DNA of 53,225 bases, filler included, from Squatina squatina (Eukaryota), in assembly GCA_031763465.1 (NCBI GenBank). It is 3 parts of 3 records of this genome, joined end to end, with 100 filler letters (N's around TTAATTAATTAA, not from the genome) between each part and the next. Parts side by side here need not be neighbours in the genome. Positions count along the whole stretch, not along the records: positions 33,427 to 53,225 come from JARFOE010000057.1; 2 more parts are not named here. One strand, written 5' to 3'. The notes under the pieces were generated by a model. That model was not told the DNA's origin. It did not search any database and worked only from the letters and a program-made list of their open reading frames with translations. Within the stretch, counting starts at the first letter, position 1. Every line of letters begins with the position of its first letter. Positions 33,548 to 47,300 of this stretch are shown piece by piece. A program made the position numbers and the translations under genes.

Positions 33548-34274
33548 AAAGCCTGCCTTTCTCCCATTCAAATGGGACATAAGAAAAAAAGAGCACACCT
33601 GGCACAAACACTGCTGATTCGTGCTAGTTCATCATCAAAAATTGTTGCACAGTCTGCTCTCCCAATTCAGCGTTTCCTCTGCGCCTATTGTACACCTGGC
33701 CTCCTGTCGTAGTTGACCCTTGAATCGGCCCTTAGATTTATTTTTAGCAATGAATACACATATCCAGTAAAGCTAAAATAAAGTGTTGCCTTGTTTTGAG
33801 TGCCTTGCTAAGATCCTAGCTTTCCTTTGTTTTACCTTTTTGCCTGAAGGACCTGGGGCTTGAGTTGCTTTGAGATGATGCGTGAGGATTTTCCGTGTGT
33901 GCTTTTCCTTCATGTACAGCAGGAGAGATGATGGCAAGAACATCTCTAGGCCCCATTCCTTCCTAGAAGATTCAACAGAGAAACAAACTGAAGTACTGTA
34001 TTCTTCATAGGTGAAGTAAGAAAGAAATGGGATCTGGGAAACTGTACAAGCAACTATATTCTGACAGGGTCATCAAAGGAGTAAGAAGAACAAGAACATA
34101 AGTTTTGGTACACCAATGCCTTGTGCCTCAACGCTCTTCTGTTCCTGGATGGTCTTCCACCATCTCAACACAATTTGACTAAATCATGAGGATGTGCTTG
34201 GGGCCTATCTCAGCATATCAATACCAGGGAAGTCAAGGAACATACAGAGACAATTTATAAGCGCTTTTGCTTCA

Positions 34275-34454
34275 CTGTGACTCAATGGGTCGTACACACG
34301 CCTCTGAGTCTGAAGGTTGTGGGTTCATATCCCACTCCAGGAACTTGAGCACATAAATTTAGGCTGACATTCCAGTGTTGTGCTGAGGGAGTGCTGCACT
34401 GTTGGAAGTGCCGTCTTTTGGATGGGGCATTAAACCGTAGCCCCGCCTGCCCTC
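34275..34454 (+). mobile_element. SacSINE1/Deu-domain-type SINE 5' part (3' parts near 1130-1290, 10716-10925, 18540-18660)
   Basis: tRNA-like head then 'gagggagtgctgcactgttggaagtgccgtcttttggatg...ttaaaccg'. Confidence 0.7.
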
Positions 34455-34554
34455 NNNNNNNNNNNNNNNNNNNNNNNNNNNNNNNNNNNNNNNNNNNNNN
34501 NNNNNNNNNNNNNNNNNNNNNNNNNNNNNNNNNNNNNNNNNNNNNNNNNNNNNN

Positions 34555-34687
34555 GATTCCCCATTAACTTGCATTGATTTCAAAAGTCAGAAAAGCCGAA
34601 TTTCTCGCCACAGAAATTGTGAGATCTTTGCGGGAAGCTTACTTCAGGACCAGCCTTTGCTTCGCCGCTGACTGCAAATCACCGACC
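34555..34687 (-). mobile_element. End of the same DNA-transposon-like repeat as 6408-7142
   Basis: Reverse complement ggtcggtgatttgcagtcagcggcgaagcaaagg...agtaagcttcccgcaaagatct aligns with 6408-6500. Confidence 0.7.
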
Positions 34688-36426
34688 ACTATCTAACACC
34701 CCTGCTAAAAGTGTGCAGGTTTCAATCAGGTAAGGGGCGCATCAGATACAAATGCCATGCTACCCCAACTGAAATAGTCTGTTGATATTCATGTCCAAGC
34801 TAATGTATGAAGGATACCTCTTAGAGGATCAGAGGGCCACTCACATCCAGAGAATTCTATCCCATCATGTGTTACTACTATATGGAGAAAAGGGATTAGA
34901 GGGAAATCAGAAGAAAAATGATCGGAAGGAAAATTTAAAGAAACACCTGCTAAAACTGAAATGTCAGAATAGTGTTAGCGGCTGGCAGTACTGACCTGTA
35001 TCAGAGTCTCTGCCTCATGAAGCAGAAGGAGTTTCTTCTCTGGCCCTTCATTGCCGACCTCCAGTACCAGGGCNNNNNNNNNNNNNNNNNNNNNNNNNNN
35101 NNNNNNNNNNNNNNNNNNNNNNNNNNNNNNNNNNNNNNNNNNNNNNNNNNNNNNNNNNNNNNNNNNNNNNNNNTGAGCCTCTTTTAGAGAGGATCCCAGG
35201 GCACTGGAAGTAACACAAAAATAACTCAAAAATTGTGTTGCATATGTATCTTTGCTGTGGAGTCTTATCCAATGGATGAGGGAGATCCGTACAGGTGAAT
35301 AACAAAGAAACTACACTGCTAGTCTATAGAGTCAAGCCAAGCACTCAGCTCATTCATAGCCAGTAGTGGGAGGAAGGGTGCTTAGTTTGCATCTCTACCT
35401 CAGTATAGCCTCCATGCTGCCACAGTACAGGGTGCTGTCTGATTTACCCTACAGAGGTGATCGAGGTTGCAGTTTGTTGTGATATTGTAAAGTAAATGCA
35501 GCATATGCTCCTGGCTGGATTGCTTCATAAGTTTCCCGTGTGAATTTTAGGTCCTAGAAGGCTTATTGGCCATAAATGGACATATTTTGCTTTTTTTCTC
35601 AGTCGAGTGTGTGGAGGGGTGGAGAATTTTTTCTTTAACATCGTATAACTTATGTTCAGTGTGAAACGCTCCATTTTGCACTTTGCTCACTTTGCATCCC
35701 TAACTAAATGAGTACTAACATGTACATGTCTAGAAAGACTTATCTTTGATACTGGAAAAAGAAAAAAATGTTTTATCAACTTGCAATATTAATGTGAGAT
35801 TGCTCCTAAATTACCCTGTGAATTGATTGCATCAAGTATGCTGTTGGATCAGCCAATCATTTAAATATATATTTTAATATTAGTGTGTACTTCATGCAAA
35901 ATGAGCTCTAACTATTAGGAGGTAATATTTTATACTTGTGCTACATTGTCCATGAAGTTGAAATCTCGCCAGTGGCAGTAAGTTTATGCCTCATGTGCGG
36001 TCATCAGTGTGAAGGGCCTATAAATTCTGACAGTCTTAAAGGATGTTGGGAACTCACTGCCACTATTCATCTTTTTCCCTTACATTCTTCATTTCACAAT
36101 CTTTTGCTGAACAAATGGGATGAATAACTATTAATCTCAGTTCTAAAGAACAGCCCAAAGCTTTCTGCAGATTTGGCAAGAAAATGCCCGTCCAATTTAG
36201 AACTCCAATGTGATTGGAATTTTAATCGACACAGTGAGATACATTGTGATGTTATGATGGGAGTCTGTGAAGAACCTAAGCACTTCTCAACAACAACCTG
36301 TGTTATATGATAGATACAATCCATCACATGCTTAGCAAGACCAATGTTACATTTTTGGCAAAAGATAAATTTGCTAAATCTTAAAAAGCTCCTGAGAAAA
36401 TCCGTCCATATTTCCTCCTTCAAAAC

Positions 36427-36527
36427 AAATCTCCTTTGATGATCTTGCAGGACTTGTCGTCTCCGTTGCACACCCCACAGCGATCCTCTTTTGCCGCTGA
36501 GCCAATGATTCCGTCACAGCCAATCTT
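36427..36527 (-). pseudogene. ADAMTS17: Isolated, 3'-truncated ADAMTS17-like exon ([33 protein letters not shown])
   Basis: tttgtcattaacAG acceptor, phase 0; ADAMTS Cys-rich GCDG..GS...DxCGVCxGD..C motif; [16 protein letters not shown] matches ADAMTS17; TGA at 36422-36420 before any good donor. Confidence 0.75.
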
Positions 36528-36926
36528 CTGTTAATGACAAACAGGTGCCTCCGTTATTGGTTCCATAATGAAACTTGGCGAGATTTTAATTACAGGCAGC
36601 CCTAAAACAACAAAGCAAACTTCTAGTAGTAATAGAATCTCAATTTTGTATATAATCCATTTATTATCTCTCTTTCTTACTGTTCAGATTCTGGTGCAGC
36701 ATTCACAAACAACCTGCCTCAAGTGTGAATTTGTTATGCTGGTCAACGTGTTAGAATGCTCAGCCATACACATGCAGTGAAAATCACCGCTAATCTTTCT
36801 CGTCTATAAAATGTTTTAAGTGGCATNNNNNNNNNNNNNNNNNNNNNNNNNNNNNNNNNNNNNNNNNNNNNNNNNNNNNNNNNNNNNNNNNNNNNNNNNN
36901 NNNNNNNNNNNNNNNNNNNNNNNNNN

Positions 36927-37075
36927 CTCTTTGCAACCTGTATAATTTAACCGTTTTAGCCCCGTATCATTCCGGTGAATCTGCATTGCACCCCCTCCAA
37001 GGACAATATATCCTTCCTGAGGTGCCCAGAACTGACTGCAGTACTCCAGATGGGGTCTAACCCCAACTTTATACA
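36927..37075 (-). mobile_element. CR1 ORF2 fragment
   Basis: YK..VRPHLEYCSQFWAP / LRKDILSLEGVQCRFTGMI. Confidence 0.85.
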
Positions 37076-38589
37076 ACTTTTCCCAAAGATTACAACTTCA
37101 GTTTTGAGAGTTTCTTCTCGTAACTTAAAGGCCCAAGTTCCAGAATCATCCTTGTTCAACACATTTATTTTCCTAAGCAGAGTATGTCTGTTGGAAGCAA
37201 TAAAGAATAGGTAAACATTGCTGTGCAACATAATATCACAGGACTCACATTTACAACGGTTAAAATGCTGCTGAGATGTGGTATTTGCAGCCTCTACACT
37301 GTCAAATGTGAAACATGAAGTTTTTGATACTTTAATTTAAATTGCTTTGGTGAAGATATTAGGACATTTCTTGATTTGACTTAAAGTGATATCCCCCTCC
37401 ATTTGCCCCCCCGCCCATCTCAAAGGTGCGGACTTTTACTAGGGTAAAATTTCACAGGCACCCAAACCAGGCCTTCCTGTATCTCAAAAAAGTGACGGCG
37501 TTCCCTCTGAGTTTCAAGGGGCCGTTGATGGAGGAAATGCTACAACCGATACCATACTGTTTCCAGGTGGATAGTGTTCCTGGAGTGGGAGAGTCTGGCC
37601 TGAATCTGGTCTCTTCCTTGTCCAAGGCTGCTGAAATGAGCTAATTCAGTATAATCATAAATCAAACCTAGACTTTCCCCTGTGAGATACTCTGTGAGGT
37701 GCATCTACCAACTGATGCTCCTGGGGATTTTAAACCGTCTCTTGTTAGACCACATACATGCAGTACATAACAGATTTAAGGAGCACACTCACTTGATGAG
37801 GCTGAAGGACAGTCAGAATAATGGAATCCTTGCCATTCCTATTAGAAAAGATAAATTATCAGTTATTACTGGGTATAGATTTCATAGTTTGGAAATGTAA
37901 CCACTGACAGTATTTGAGAACCTCCAAAAATACAAACTAGAATTTTTTCCCCCTACTATGTTACAAAAATCTCCCTGGAGTTGAACATGGTACATTGATA
38001 ATATGAAATAAATTTTGGCAGTTAACTCCACCCAAATCCATATGAAACCATCGAGTCCCTGCTACACTGTAGTTCATTGCTTAAGTCTTAGGTTCTAATT
38101 GAAGGAGTTAGATAGTTTGCATATGAGCGCCAATTCCCCCAGTGTGGGGAAAAACAAGCATGATTGTTGCAGCCCCATGTCTTTCCTCACAAGTAGACTG
38201 ACTTCTCAAANNNNNNNNNNNNNNNNNNNNNNNNNNNNNNNNNNNNNNNNNNNNNNNNNNNNNNNNNNNNNNNNNNNNNNNNNNNNNNNNNNNNNNNNNN
38301 NNNNNNNNNNTTGGTTCCAAGCACATGCAGATCCCAGGAACCAGTATCAGAGAGTCAGTGGGCGGCCTCTGACTCTGGTCTTATCATGGGGTCATACCAG
38401 GTAGAAGCTCAAGATTAGGAAGTAGAACACCACAAACACCTATGGGTATGGTGGGGAAAAGGTTTAGAGATAGGCAAACAGATAGGGTCACAAATAATAA
38501 AGAGTACTGAAGCACTGTTCTTTGTGATATTGCTCAGACTTCAGATTTGTTGGGAGGGGGATGTTAGGTGTGATGATTTTTGTACCCCT

Positions 38590-38970
38590 TAGGGTGCAAC
38601 ATCTGTTACTTGGGCTATACCTAATTTTCCCTGTTTGCTGTTGAAAATTTCCTAGTGGATGAAAGTTTTGGGCTGTGATAGAGCGAACGGACTAGCTCTG
38701 CACCATGTCTACAGGCATTCCCTCAGGAAGTCTTGAATTTCACTGGCTACCTCTCTGGAAAACCTCAATCTATAGATGCACTATTCCTCTGACAAGTTCA
38801 TCTATGTCCTCTGATGCCCTTAAGTATGGTTATACGAATATAGATAAATATGGCACTTCCTTCTCTGATGTTGTCTTACTGTCCTGGCATCTAACATCAC
38901 TTCCTGTTGAGATTCTTCCTCCTCTTCCTCCAGGTAGCAAAGATAAAGAGCTACTCAGAAAGGCATAACC
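38590..38970 (-). mobile_element. Decayed PIF/Harbinger (HARBI1-like) transposase N-terminal fragment
   Basis: YLEEEEEE...; NLSEE*CIYRLRFSREVASEIQDFL; TAQNFHPLGNFQ..TG..GIAQ resemble Harbinger blocks SEEQCxxRLRF / ALNFxAxGSFQ / GISQ. Confidence 0.65.
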
Positions 38971-41354
38971 TTTGGCTTCAGTGTGCTGGCTGGATTAGAT
39001 TATGGATTCAGCCATCTTCCCCATCAAACTGGGTGGCACACATGCTGGCCCAAATATCATCTGCAATTGGTCCTACAGCCTCATAATATTACTATTTTGG
39101 ACAAGTTGCAAGCACCTGTCACGTCTTCAGGGGCAGCTCGCCCTTGTCAAGGGATCAAATTTCAGGCTGCCTGCCTTGCCAGCAGCGGCCCTCAGTTAAG
39201 TGTTGGTGAAGGAGATTGGGAAGGGGACGATTACAGAAGTGCTGTGGAGCAGGAGGAGCATTCCTGCTTCTCCTGGCTCCGCACCAAACCCAAAATAAAT
39301 ATTTTTCCTACCAGTTTGGTGGCGGCCACTGGCTAAGCCACATCCACGTCAGAAAAATTGTTACCCTATTGAGAGATTGAGAAGAAGATGTTGCAGACCA
39401 GGCCCAGCATATTGGCATTGTGGGATAGCATTCAATTTTCCTTTATGCTGCACACAAAAAATAGGTGCTAATTGGATGCTAAACCCAGGAAAATGCATCC
39501 TTAGAGCTGTAGCAGAATTGATCCTGTACAGTTTAACTTCCTAAAAGTATAATAGCACTTTGGCACAAAGAAGGATCACAAATTATTACCCAATTGAGAG
39601 AATGAGGAGAAGAAATTGAGGAAATAATATTGCTCTCATTCTATATATAACAAGCAGTGATGGATGCATAGGAGCACATTATCACAGGGGAGGTAGCTCA
39701 GTTAAAAGCATCACTGGGATTCTGATATCTCATTAATTAATCTTCTTGATTATATCCTATTCTTTGATTTCAACCATATTGTTGTTTCTGGATGGATTTA
39801 TAGTAAAAAGATCATGCGTACTTTCAGGTCTCAACAAACAGCAAGCAGTCAAAGCAGTGTGAGAGTTGTATGCAACAATACCTGGCTATTGCAGGCAGAT
39901 AATTATCCTTGGGTTAAACCGATTAGGGCTAATTGAACAACAGTAACTGAAAATGTCTTCTTTTACCTGTTTCAGTTGAATGCTCAATTCGTCTTTTCAC
40001 ATTTGTATGTGTGCCTGTCTCTCTGTCTCTCCCTCTTTCTTTTTCTCCCTCTCTTGTTTGTCTGTCTGTGTTGTTTCCTCTTGGTGTTCCTTATGTAACA
40101 GACCTACTTCCATTAGTAGTCAGGAGAAGCTGCCCTCAAGTCTGTTTGCAATGTTCCTCAAATGAAAATTGAGATCACCTAGCAACCGAGCAGCAACAGG
40201 CAACATTCAAGTGAAGCATCATTGATAAGTACTGCCCTGTCTGAATTTAAATACAGCTGCAATAAATAGACAGGGAGGCTACTGTTCTCGGCCACCAGCC
40301 TGCCAATGAGCTGGTGTTTGTCAGGGTGTTCAAGGGATTTATTTTTGCTATTCAGTGAAAATCTTAATGGGACTGTACAGTAAAGGGAATTATTTCAGTT
40401 GTCGGACACAAAATTGATAGTTTTTATTTGATTAAGTCTCCCTGTTTCTGCATTAATTTGGACTTAGTTTTCTTTGCATTACTTTACTGCAATGATTTAG
40501 ATCTTTCAGGACTTGCACTTTTGCTGTCTCGAGTTCTTTGCAGTGCATCCATGGTTTGCTGCTAGACACCCCTGTCTGACTTATTCCCATGTTTTTGATG
40601 GAGTAAATCAGGGGAAACTGTTTCTAATGGCAGAAGGGTCAGTAACCAGATGACACAGATTTATGGTAATTGGCAAAAGAATTAAATGCGACATGATGAA
40701 AACATTATTTACACAGCNNNNNNNNNNGTAGGGGGAAACGAACTAATGGCTGGAATTTTAATTGGGAGGCGGGTTGGGAGTGGAGGGGCTAGAAGTCCCG
40801 CAGGCCCTGCCGACTTTAACAGCAGGGGCTGATTTGCATTTCAAACCTGTCAGAGCATCGGGGGATTTGGAGAGAGGATCGGGGCCGGAGCATCGAGGGG
40901 TGGGGTGGGTGTGGAAATCGCATTGATGCAATGCCTCGTGAGAGGGTGGATCAATTCTGACACTGGAGGTGAGGCACAGTATTGGGGCAGAATGGTTTCA
41001 CTTTGCATTTAATGCACGCCATACTTGACTTGAGTGTCTAAAAATTACAAAACGTCCTATATTCCTCTGCACTTACATCCTTCACTATGAACACAAAATT
41101 CACTGTGGAGGAGCTTAAAATTAAACATAATTTGGCTGGGAAAATGAGACAAGTATCCAAGTCCCTCTCCTGTAATGGAGAAATTGAGGGCAACTCCTAC
41201 CTGGTGTCACTCTAGTACATCCCATCCAAATGTTGTGAACAAAATGGATGTTCATTGAACATCACAGGGCTTTTTTTTTGACTGTGAAGATTATTGAAAA
41301 ATTATTCCCCCATTTCCCCACCCCCCGAATGTCACCTTCCTTGGCAGGGAGGTC

Positions 41355-41475
41355 CATAACCAGGGACATAGATTGAAAGTAATTGGTTGAAGGATTAGAG
41401 GGGAGTTGAGGAGAACTTTTTTCACCCAGAAAATGGTGGGGGTCTGGAACTCACTGCCTGAGAGGGTGGTCAAGG
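41355..41475 (+). mobile_element. CR1 ORF2 C-terminal fragment
   Basis: RRTFFTQKMVGVWNSLPERVV. Confidence 0.8.
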
Positions 41476-42277
41476 NNNNNNNNNNNNNNNNNNNNNNNNN
41501 NNNNNNNNNNNNNNNNNNNNNNNNNNNNNNNNNNNNNNNNNNNNNNNNNNNNNNNNNNNNNNNNNNNNNNNNNNNCTGCCAAGGCTCAGACATGAATAGT
41601 TACACATTGGTACTGGAGTAAGACACCTGTGTGACTGTACTCTAGCAAGGAGTCAATACCTCAGACCAGCAGGGATAGACAAAAATTGATGGAGGAAACT
41701 GCTGAAAAAAAGAACATGGCTGTTCAAATATAACTAAGACTCAGCTTTTGTGCAGCCATTATTTAATTTCACATATGAACCATGGATTCAAGGTACAAAT
41801 TTTAAAAGCCCAGCAGAAATACAACAGCTGTCCCATCAAGTAGAACTTACTGTCGAAACTTGATACAGTTCTATTATACACTGCAAAAAATCTCAAACCT
41901 TATTAACCTGAACCCATCAAGGGAATGTTAGGGAGAGGATGACAATGGGAAAGACAGGTTAGCGNNNNNNNNNNAGGTTAGCGCTTGGGAGTGGTGTTCA
42001 TATCATGCTAACACTCACTTGATTCACTCATGAGCAGTAACCACTTGAGTGAAGTACTCGAGGGCAGTTGTTGGCTATGTAATCACACTCCAACATAAGC
42101 CAGGACATTCGGGAGAGGAGGGGAGAACACATTATAAGAATAACTGTTAGAACTTTTAACACGGTTTGACTCAATGAGGAGAGGAACAAGTCAGTCCTTA
42201 TTGTTAGCTAAGGATGGAGAGCAGATAGAGATTGATGAATTGTTTGAATATAAAAAGAATTCCCCCAAAATTTTTCA

Positions 42278-42466
<189 letters not shown>

Positions 42467-42659
42467 TCATGCTTTATGCCACCATTTAATCCTCAGAACA
42501 GGCGGCAGCTCAAGAAGTACTTCCTCTTGAAATTAACTTCCACTTTTTGGTCCTAGGCTCCTTTGAAAATGGTTTATTTACATACCCTGGACTCAAGAAA
42601 TGTATTTAACTAGGCAATTAGGAGACAGATATTTAATTTGTATCAAATTGCGATCCTGG

Positions 42660-42960
42660 GTTCATGATGGGTTTTGATAGAGTGAATAAGGAGAAACTGT
42701 TTCCAGCGGCACGGACTTAAGGTAATTGACAAAAGAAACAGAGCTGAGATGAGAATTTCTTGTTACAGCTAGCGAGTTGTTGTGATCTGGAATGCACTGC
42801 CTGAAAGCGTGGTAGAAGCAGATTTAAAAATAACTTTCAAAAGGGAATTGGATAAATATTTGAAGGGGGGAAAAGTTGCAGGGCTATGGGGAAAGAGCCG
42901 GCACAGGCACGGTGGGTCGAATGGCCTCCTTCTGTGCTGTATCACTCTATGAGTCTATGA
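42660..42960 (+). mobile_element. CR1 (HER1-like) 3' fragment
   Basis: Aligns with 9050-9266 including the tail. Confidence 0.85.
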
Positions 42961-43634
42961 AACCAGGAGAAAATAATCTTTTTTCATCTTCCTTTGCCAT
43001 CTTAGCTGAGCAGTGGCAGGAGTGGAGCCCACCTGGGGGTCTGGGCCAGGATGGAGACCTGGAATTGAAAAAGAATCTCTGGGGTAGAAATTGGTATATG
43101 TTTCACACGTTTATTGGGTCTGAAACGGACGCTATGAAGTTCAATTTTGCAGTACGACGCCTCGCACATGAACACCGTGGGCATGTGTGTGATGCCATAT
43201 TGGCTGAGGTGCTATGGTAAGGCAAACGTATTAGGGCTGTGAAAGGAGCAGACATGATGGCCCAGAAATCTGATGGCACCGCACCTGTTTTTCAGGTTTC
43301 ATGTTTTCTAATCTTCACTATTTTGACTGCTTAGTGTAGATTTTTCAAATGGTTACATCTGATTAATGGATGCAACCAATCAGAAAAATTGGCAGAGAAT
43401 CCACCTATCAATTATTCAATTGGGTTTTGTACTGGAGACAGAAGCGGCCACTGGTTTGCAGTTAATTATATTAATATTAGGTGCTGTTGACTAATCAAAT
43501 GTTCACACAATTTTCATGCTAGTACAAGTCATTGNNNNNNNNNNNNNNNNNNNNNNNNNNNNNNNNNNNNNNNNNNNNNNNNNNNNNNNNNNNNNNNNNN
43601 NNNNNNNNNNNNNNNNNNNNNNNNNNNNNNNNNN

Positions 43635-44355
43635 TGCTGTACCAGGCCTCCAAGGCTTCTGAAGTTATTTTTCCCTCACCCCCGCAGCTACGAATATATT
43701 TTGCGCTGCAAATTGCTGATCACGGCGCGGTGAGAGCACCGGGGCATCAGGGACCTCGGTGAATGACTGGACCAACAGTCTGTCTCCTTAAGCAATGAGA
43801 TTTAAGGATTGAGAAAGAAACAGAAGAATGACGGAGAAGGAAAGAGGGTGAATTAGAGCCAAATCAGATACAGAAAGAGAAACATAGAGAGGCAAAGATT
43901 GGATTAAGAGGGAGAGAAAGGAGATAGAAAGGAAAAGTAAGGATAAACAATTACATTTTACATTTTAAAAACTTCTAGGAACAATTTACTACCTGTAGGA
44001 ATGAGACTCCACAGTTTTAGTTGTTCTCTTTCTGGGCCAGGGAGGTTGAGTGGCGTAAATCGGGTCAATAAAAGGTTCCTTACGCTGTTAAGTACCAGCC
44101 CTCACTTTCTGCGGTGAGTTTAATTTGAATTTACGGCGCAAATGCAGCAATTTCTTGAAACTCATGGGGAAATTGACGACGAGATCCGTTTTCGCGAAGC
44201 TGACGGCAGAGAGGTGCAAATCGTCCAGCAATTCCTGGTGGTTCGCAACTCTCAGCGTATCTCTTCCTTGCCACAAGTTGCCGGTTTAATTACACACTAA
44301 TTATGGCGAGCGTCATTAAACTCGCTGGTATTTTACCAGCAAATTCGAAGCCATT
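43635..44355. mobile_element. Non-autonomous DNA-transposon-like repeat
   Basis: CpG-rich blocks around an A-rich core, ending gcaaattcgaagcc; organisation resembles 6408-7142. Confidence 0.45.
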
Positions 44356-47300
44356 ATCTTACCACACTGAGCACTCAGAAGATATATTTGAGATTGAAAA
44401 CTGGACTTGTCTTTTCATCTCATGCTTTGAATTGTGTTGGGACCCACAGATAAGAGAGGGAGACAAAGTCTCCCCATGTATGTCTCCTGGCTTCAGTCAA
44501 GTCGTTATGTTTCAAGATCCTTGCCTTCTGTGGCCAACTCCAATAGTAGTCTCCTTCTGTTCATACGAGACAGTATTCCTGTCAACCCATGGCTTCTAAG
44601 TTGTAGAAGGTTGAAACATAGCCCATTTTCCTGGCCACCCAACAGAGAATTTCCAAACTAACCTCCCCTGTGGGATGTCAGCCTCAAATAGCTGTCAATG
44701 GTGGGATTCCTAACATCGAAGGGTTTTATCAGTTGAAAGTTCAGTTTCGTTCCAGCCAGCCAGTCCTAAGGCAGCAATGTATAATTAGCACTCAACCAAA
44801 CTGACGATCCAGTGTTTCTATTTCTTCTCCCTCTCTCCACAGCCAGAGAGCAACCAAGGAACTTCCTAACACAATGGGTATGTGGAGTTTATCAAATGCA
44901 AAGATGCACTAATGAATTACTGATTTAGTTACAGTCTATAGAGAATCATGAAAGCTAACTCCAATATTTTAACCACTTATCAGTGTCTTTATTTTCTTTA
45001 AATCTTGTATAGAATATATTCAATTATAAAATCATTAATTATAATTTGTAACATTTATAAAGTAACTCTTTATTCAAATCTCTTCAATGGAAAAAAAGTC
45101 CAAAAAAATCTCAATGTGACGAGGTGAAGCAAGACATGATCATGCACAATACGACAAAAGACCTTCTTTTCTCCTCATCCACCCAACCCATCAAAGAGCA
45201 AGGAGTAACTGGAAAAACTGGCTTCTGTATGTAGGACAAAAGATGCTTTTGCCATCCAGTTTCCTTTAGAAATCTCCAATTAGCTCACCGTCAAACCAGA
45301 CAGTCCAGGCCCAANNNNNNNNNNNNNNNNNNNNNNNNNNNNNNNNNNNNNNNNNNNNNNNNNNNNNNNNNNNNNNNNNNNNNNNNNNNNNNNNNNNNNN
45401 NNNNNNNNNNNNNNACATATTCAATGCTGAGCAAGGGATGAGTTCTGAAAGAGGTTAAAATTACAGCAAACTACAGAGCAGATCAAAGTAACATCGTCAC
45501 CAATATACTGTCAGGTTAGCTAAAAACAAAGTGGTGATTATCAGGTAACAGGCTGCAAGATAAAACTGAAAGACACTATCCCTCATTCAAACTTCTAATA
45601 TTGTGTAATTTCTCAATGATGAAATGCTTCAAAAAAATGACACAAAATGATGATGATGAAAAAATTAGACAATACTGAATTTATGATAAAAATAGTATAT
45701 AAGCTGCGATGATGCTGCAACTAACCTCACAAGCATCAGGTTCTGTGACCTTCACTGAAGAATTCCTGCCTCAATCCAGGGTACCTCCACACTCGTCAAT
45801 TCACTAGTTCCACAGCCTTGATGTTCCACATTCAGTATCCCAAAATGATTTGTTATATAGTTTTGGACAAAGTCACATTCAAAGCTTCACTGACCTTTTA
45901 TAATGCCATATATTAACTTGCTACAATCCTTGCAAGCTTCTCTCACACGGACATCAATGNNNNNNNNNNNNNNNNNNNNNNNNNNNNNNNNNNNNNNNNN
46001 NNNNNNNNNNNNNNNNNNNNNNNNNNNNNNNNNNNNNNNNNNNNNNNNNNNNNNNNNNNNNNNNNNNNNNNNNNNNNNNNNNNNNNNNNNNNNNNNNNNN
46101 NNNNNNNNNNCTGTTGTATATCAACATTCAGCATCACCCGTCGTGGACAATTACTTTTAACATACGTCTTGTCAAATACCACAGTGTATGTCATATTAAC
46201 AAAAATGTCAAGTTGACAGCACAACAATATTCACACCTCATTTAGATCTGCTTACATGCACCCTCTCTACAACCCATGCATCTTCATTAATAAGTCTTGA
46301 TACAAAATTAAACTACCCATCTGTCCCTCAGGCACTTGCATTGCAAGACTGGAGATGCAATTTCAAACCCTTTTCACGAAGGGCTTGAGTTCAAATAGTA
46401 TGCTCACCAAGCAACATTTCTCCATCTGGGTATTAAGAGAGTTTCAATGCTACTGTATTAGCTTGTTGAAATTGTATTTTAAAGTGACCACAAATTAGAC
46501 ATGGACAGCAAACACCAACCTCATCACATAATTCCTTTCATTGTCAATTTCTGTTCCCTGATTGATTTATTTGCTATAAAATTGTATTTATTTATCAGGA
46601 ATGTTCCCCAAAGAGAATAGAAAGTGAAATGTAACTATTTTTATCATTGTTCTAAACAACTGATGTATGTCAGATTGCAATAAAGATAAACACCTATATT
46701 AGATATTCTGTGCTGGCCTTTCTTTATTACTAGAGGCAGCTATAACAGTGGGAGTGAATGAAGTTTAACAAATGTAATAAGAAGCCAAATTCAGGGATTA
46801 TTTTAAATTTAAAGTATGTTTTTCATTTATCAGTAAATTGGAAATTTTCACTCACTGTTGCTTTCATTTTCCTGCAAGCTTTTACAGTTTATTGTGCCAA
46901 ATTGGTTCACTTGGTAGCAGTCTTGCTGCAGAGGTAGAGGTTATGAGTTTAAGCCCCATTCCTGGTCACGATCTGAGTTTNNNNNNNNNNNNNNNNNNNN
47001 NNNNNNNNNNNNNNNNNNNNNNNNNNNNNNNNNNNNNNNNNNNNNNNNNNNNNNNNNNNNNNNNNNNNNNNNNNNNNNNNTGTGTGAAGAAATGGTTGCC
47101 AAATACTTTTTCTCATGAAGGCATTTCCCATTTAAATTGCACTGAGTCTTAGAAAGCAAGAAAATGACCAGGCTGAGGGTGTTAGATAACAAGAGATGGA
47201 AGCTTGCACTGTTATAATCATCTGATGGAAGCATTCTGGTTCTGAGAGGCGGATTTCGAAAAATATAGCGCATAATTATTCATTCTTAGCTACTCAATCT

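Noticed and set aside
36094-36471. 125-aa ORF
   Set aside because: Off-frame reading of the ADAMTS exon plus non-coding sequence
39997-40113. Short minus-strand ORF MEVGLLHKEHQEE...
   Set aside because: Low-complexity GA tract; stops before the donor; phase incompatible with the FRMPD exons
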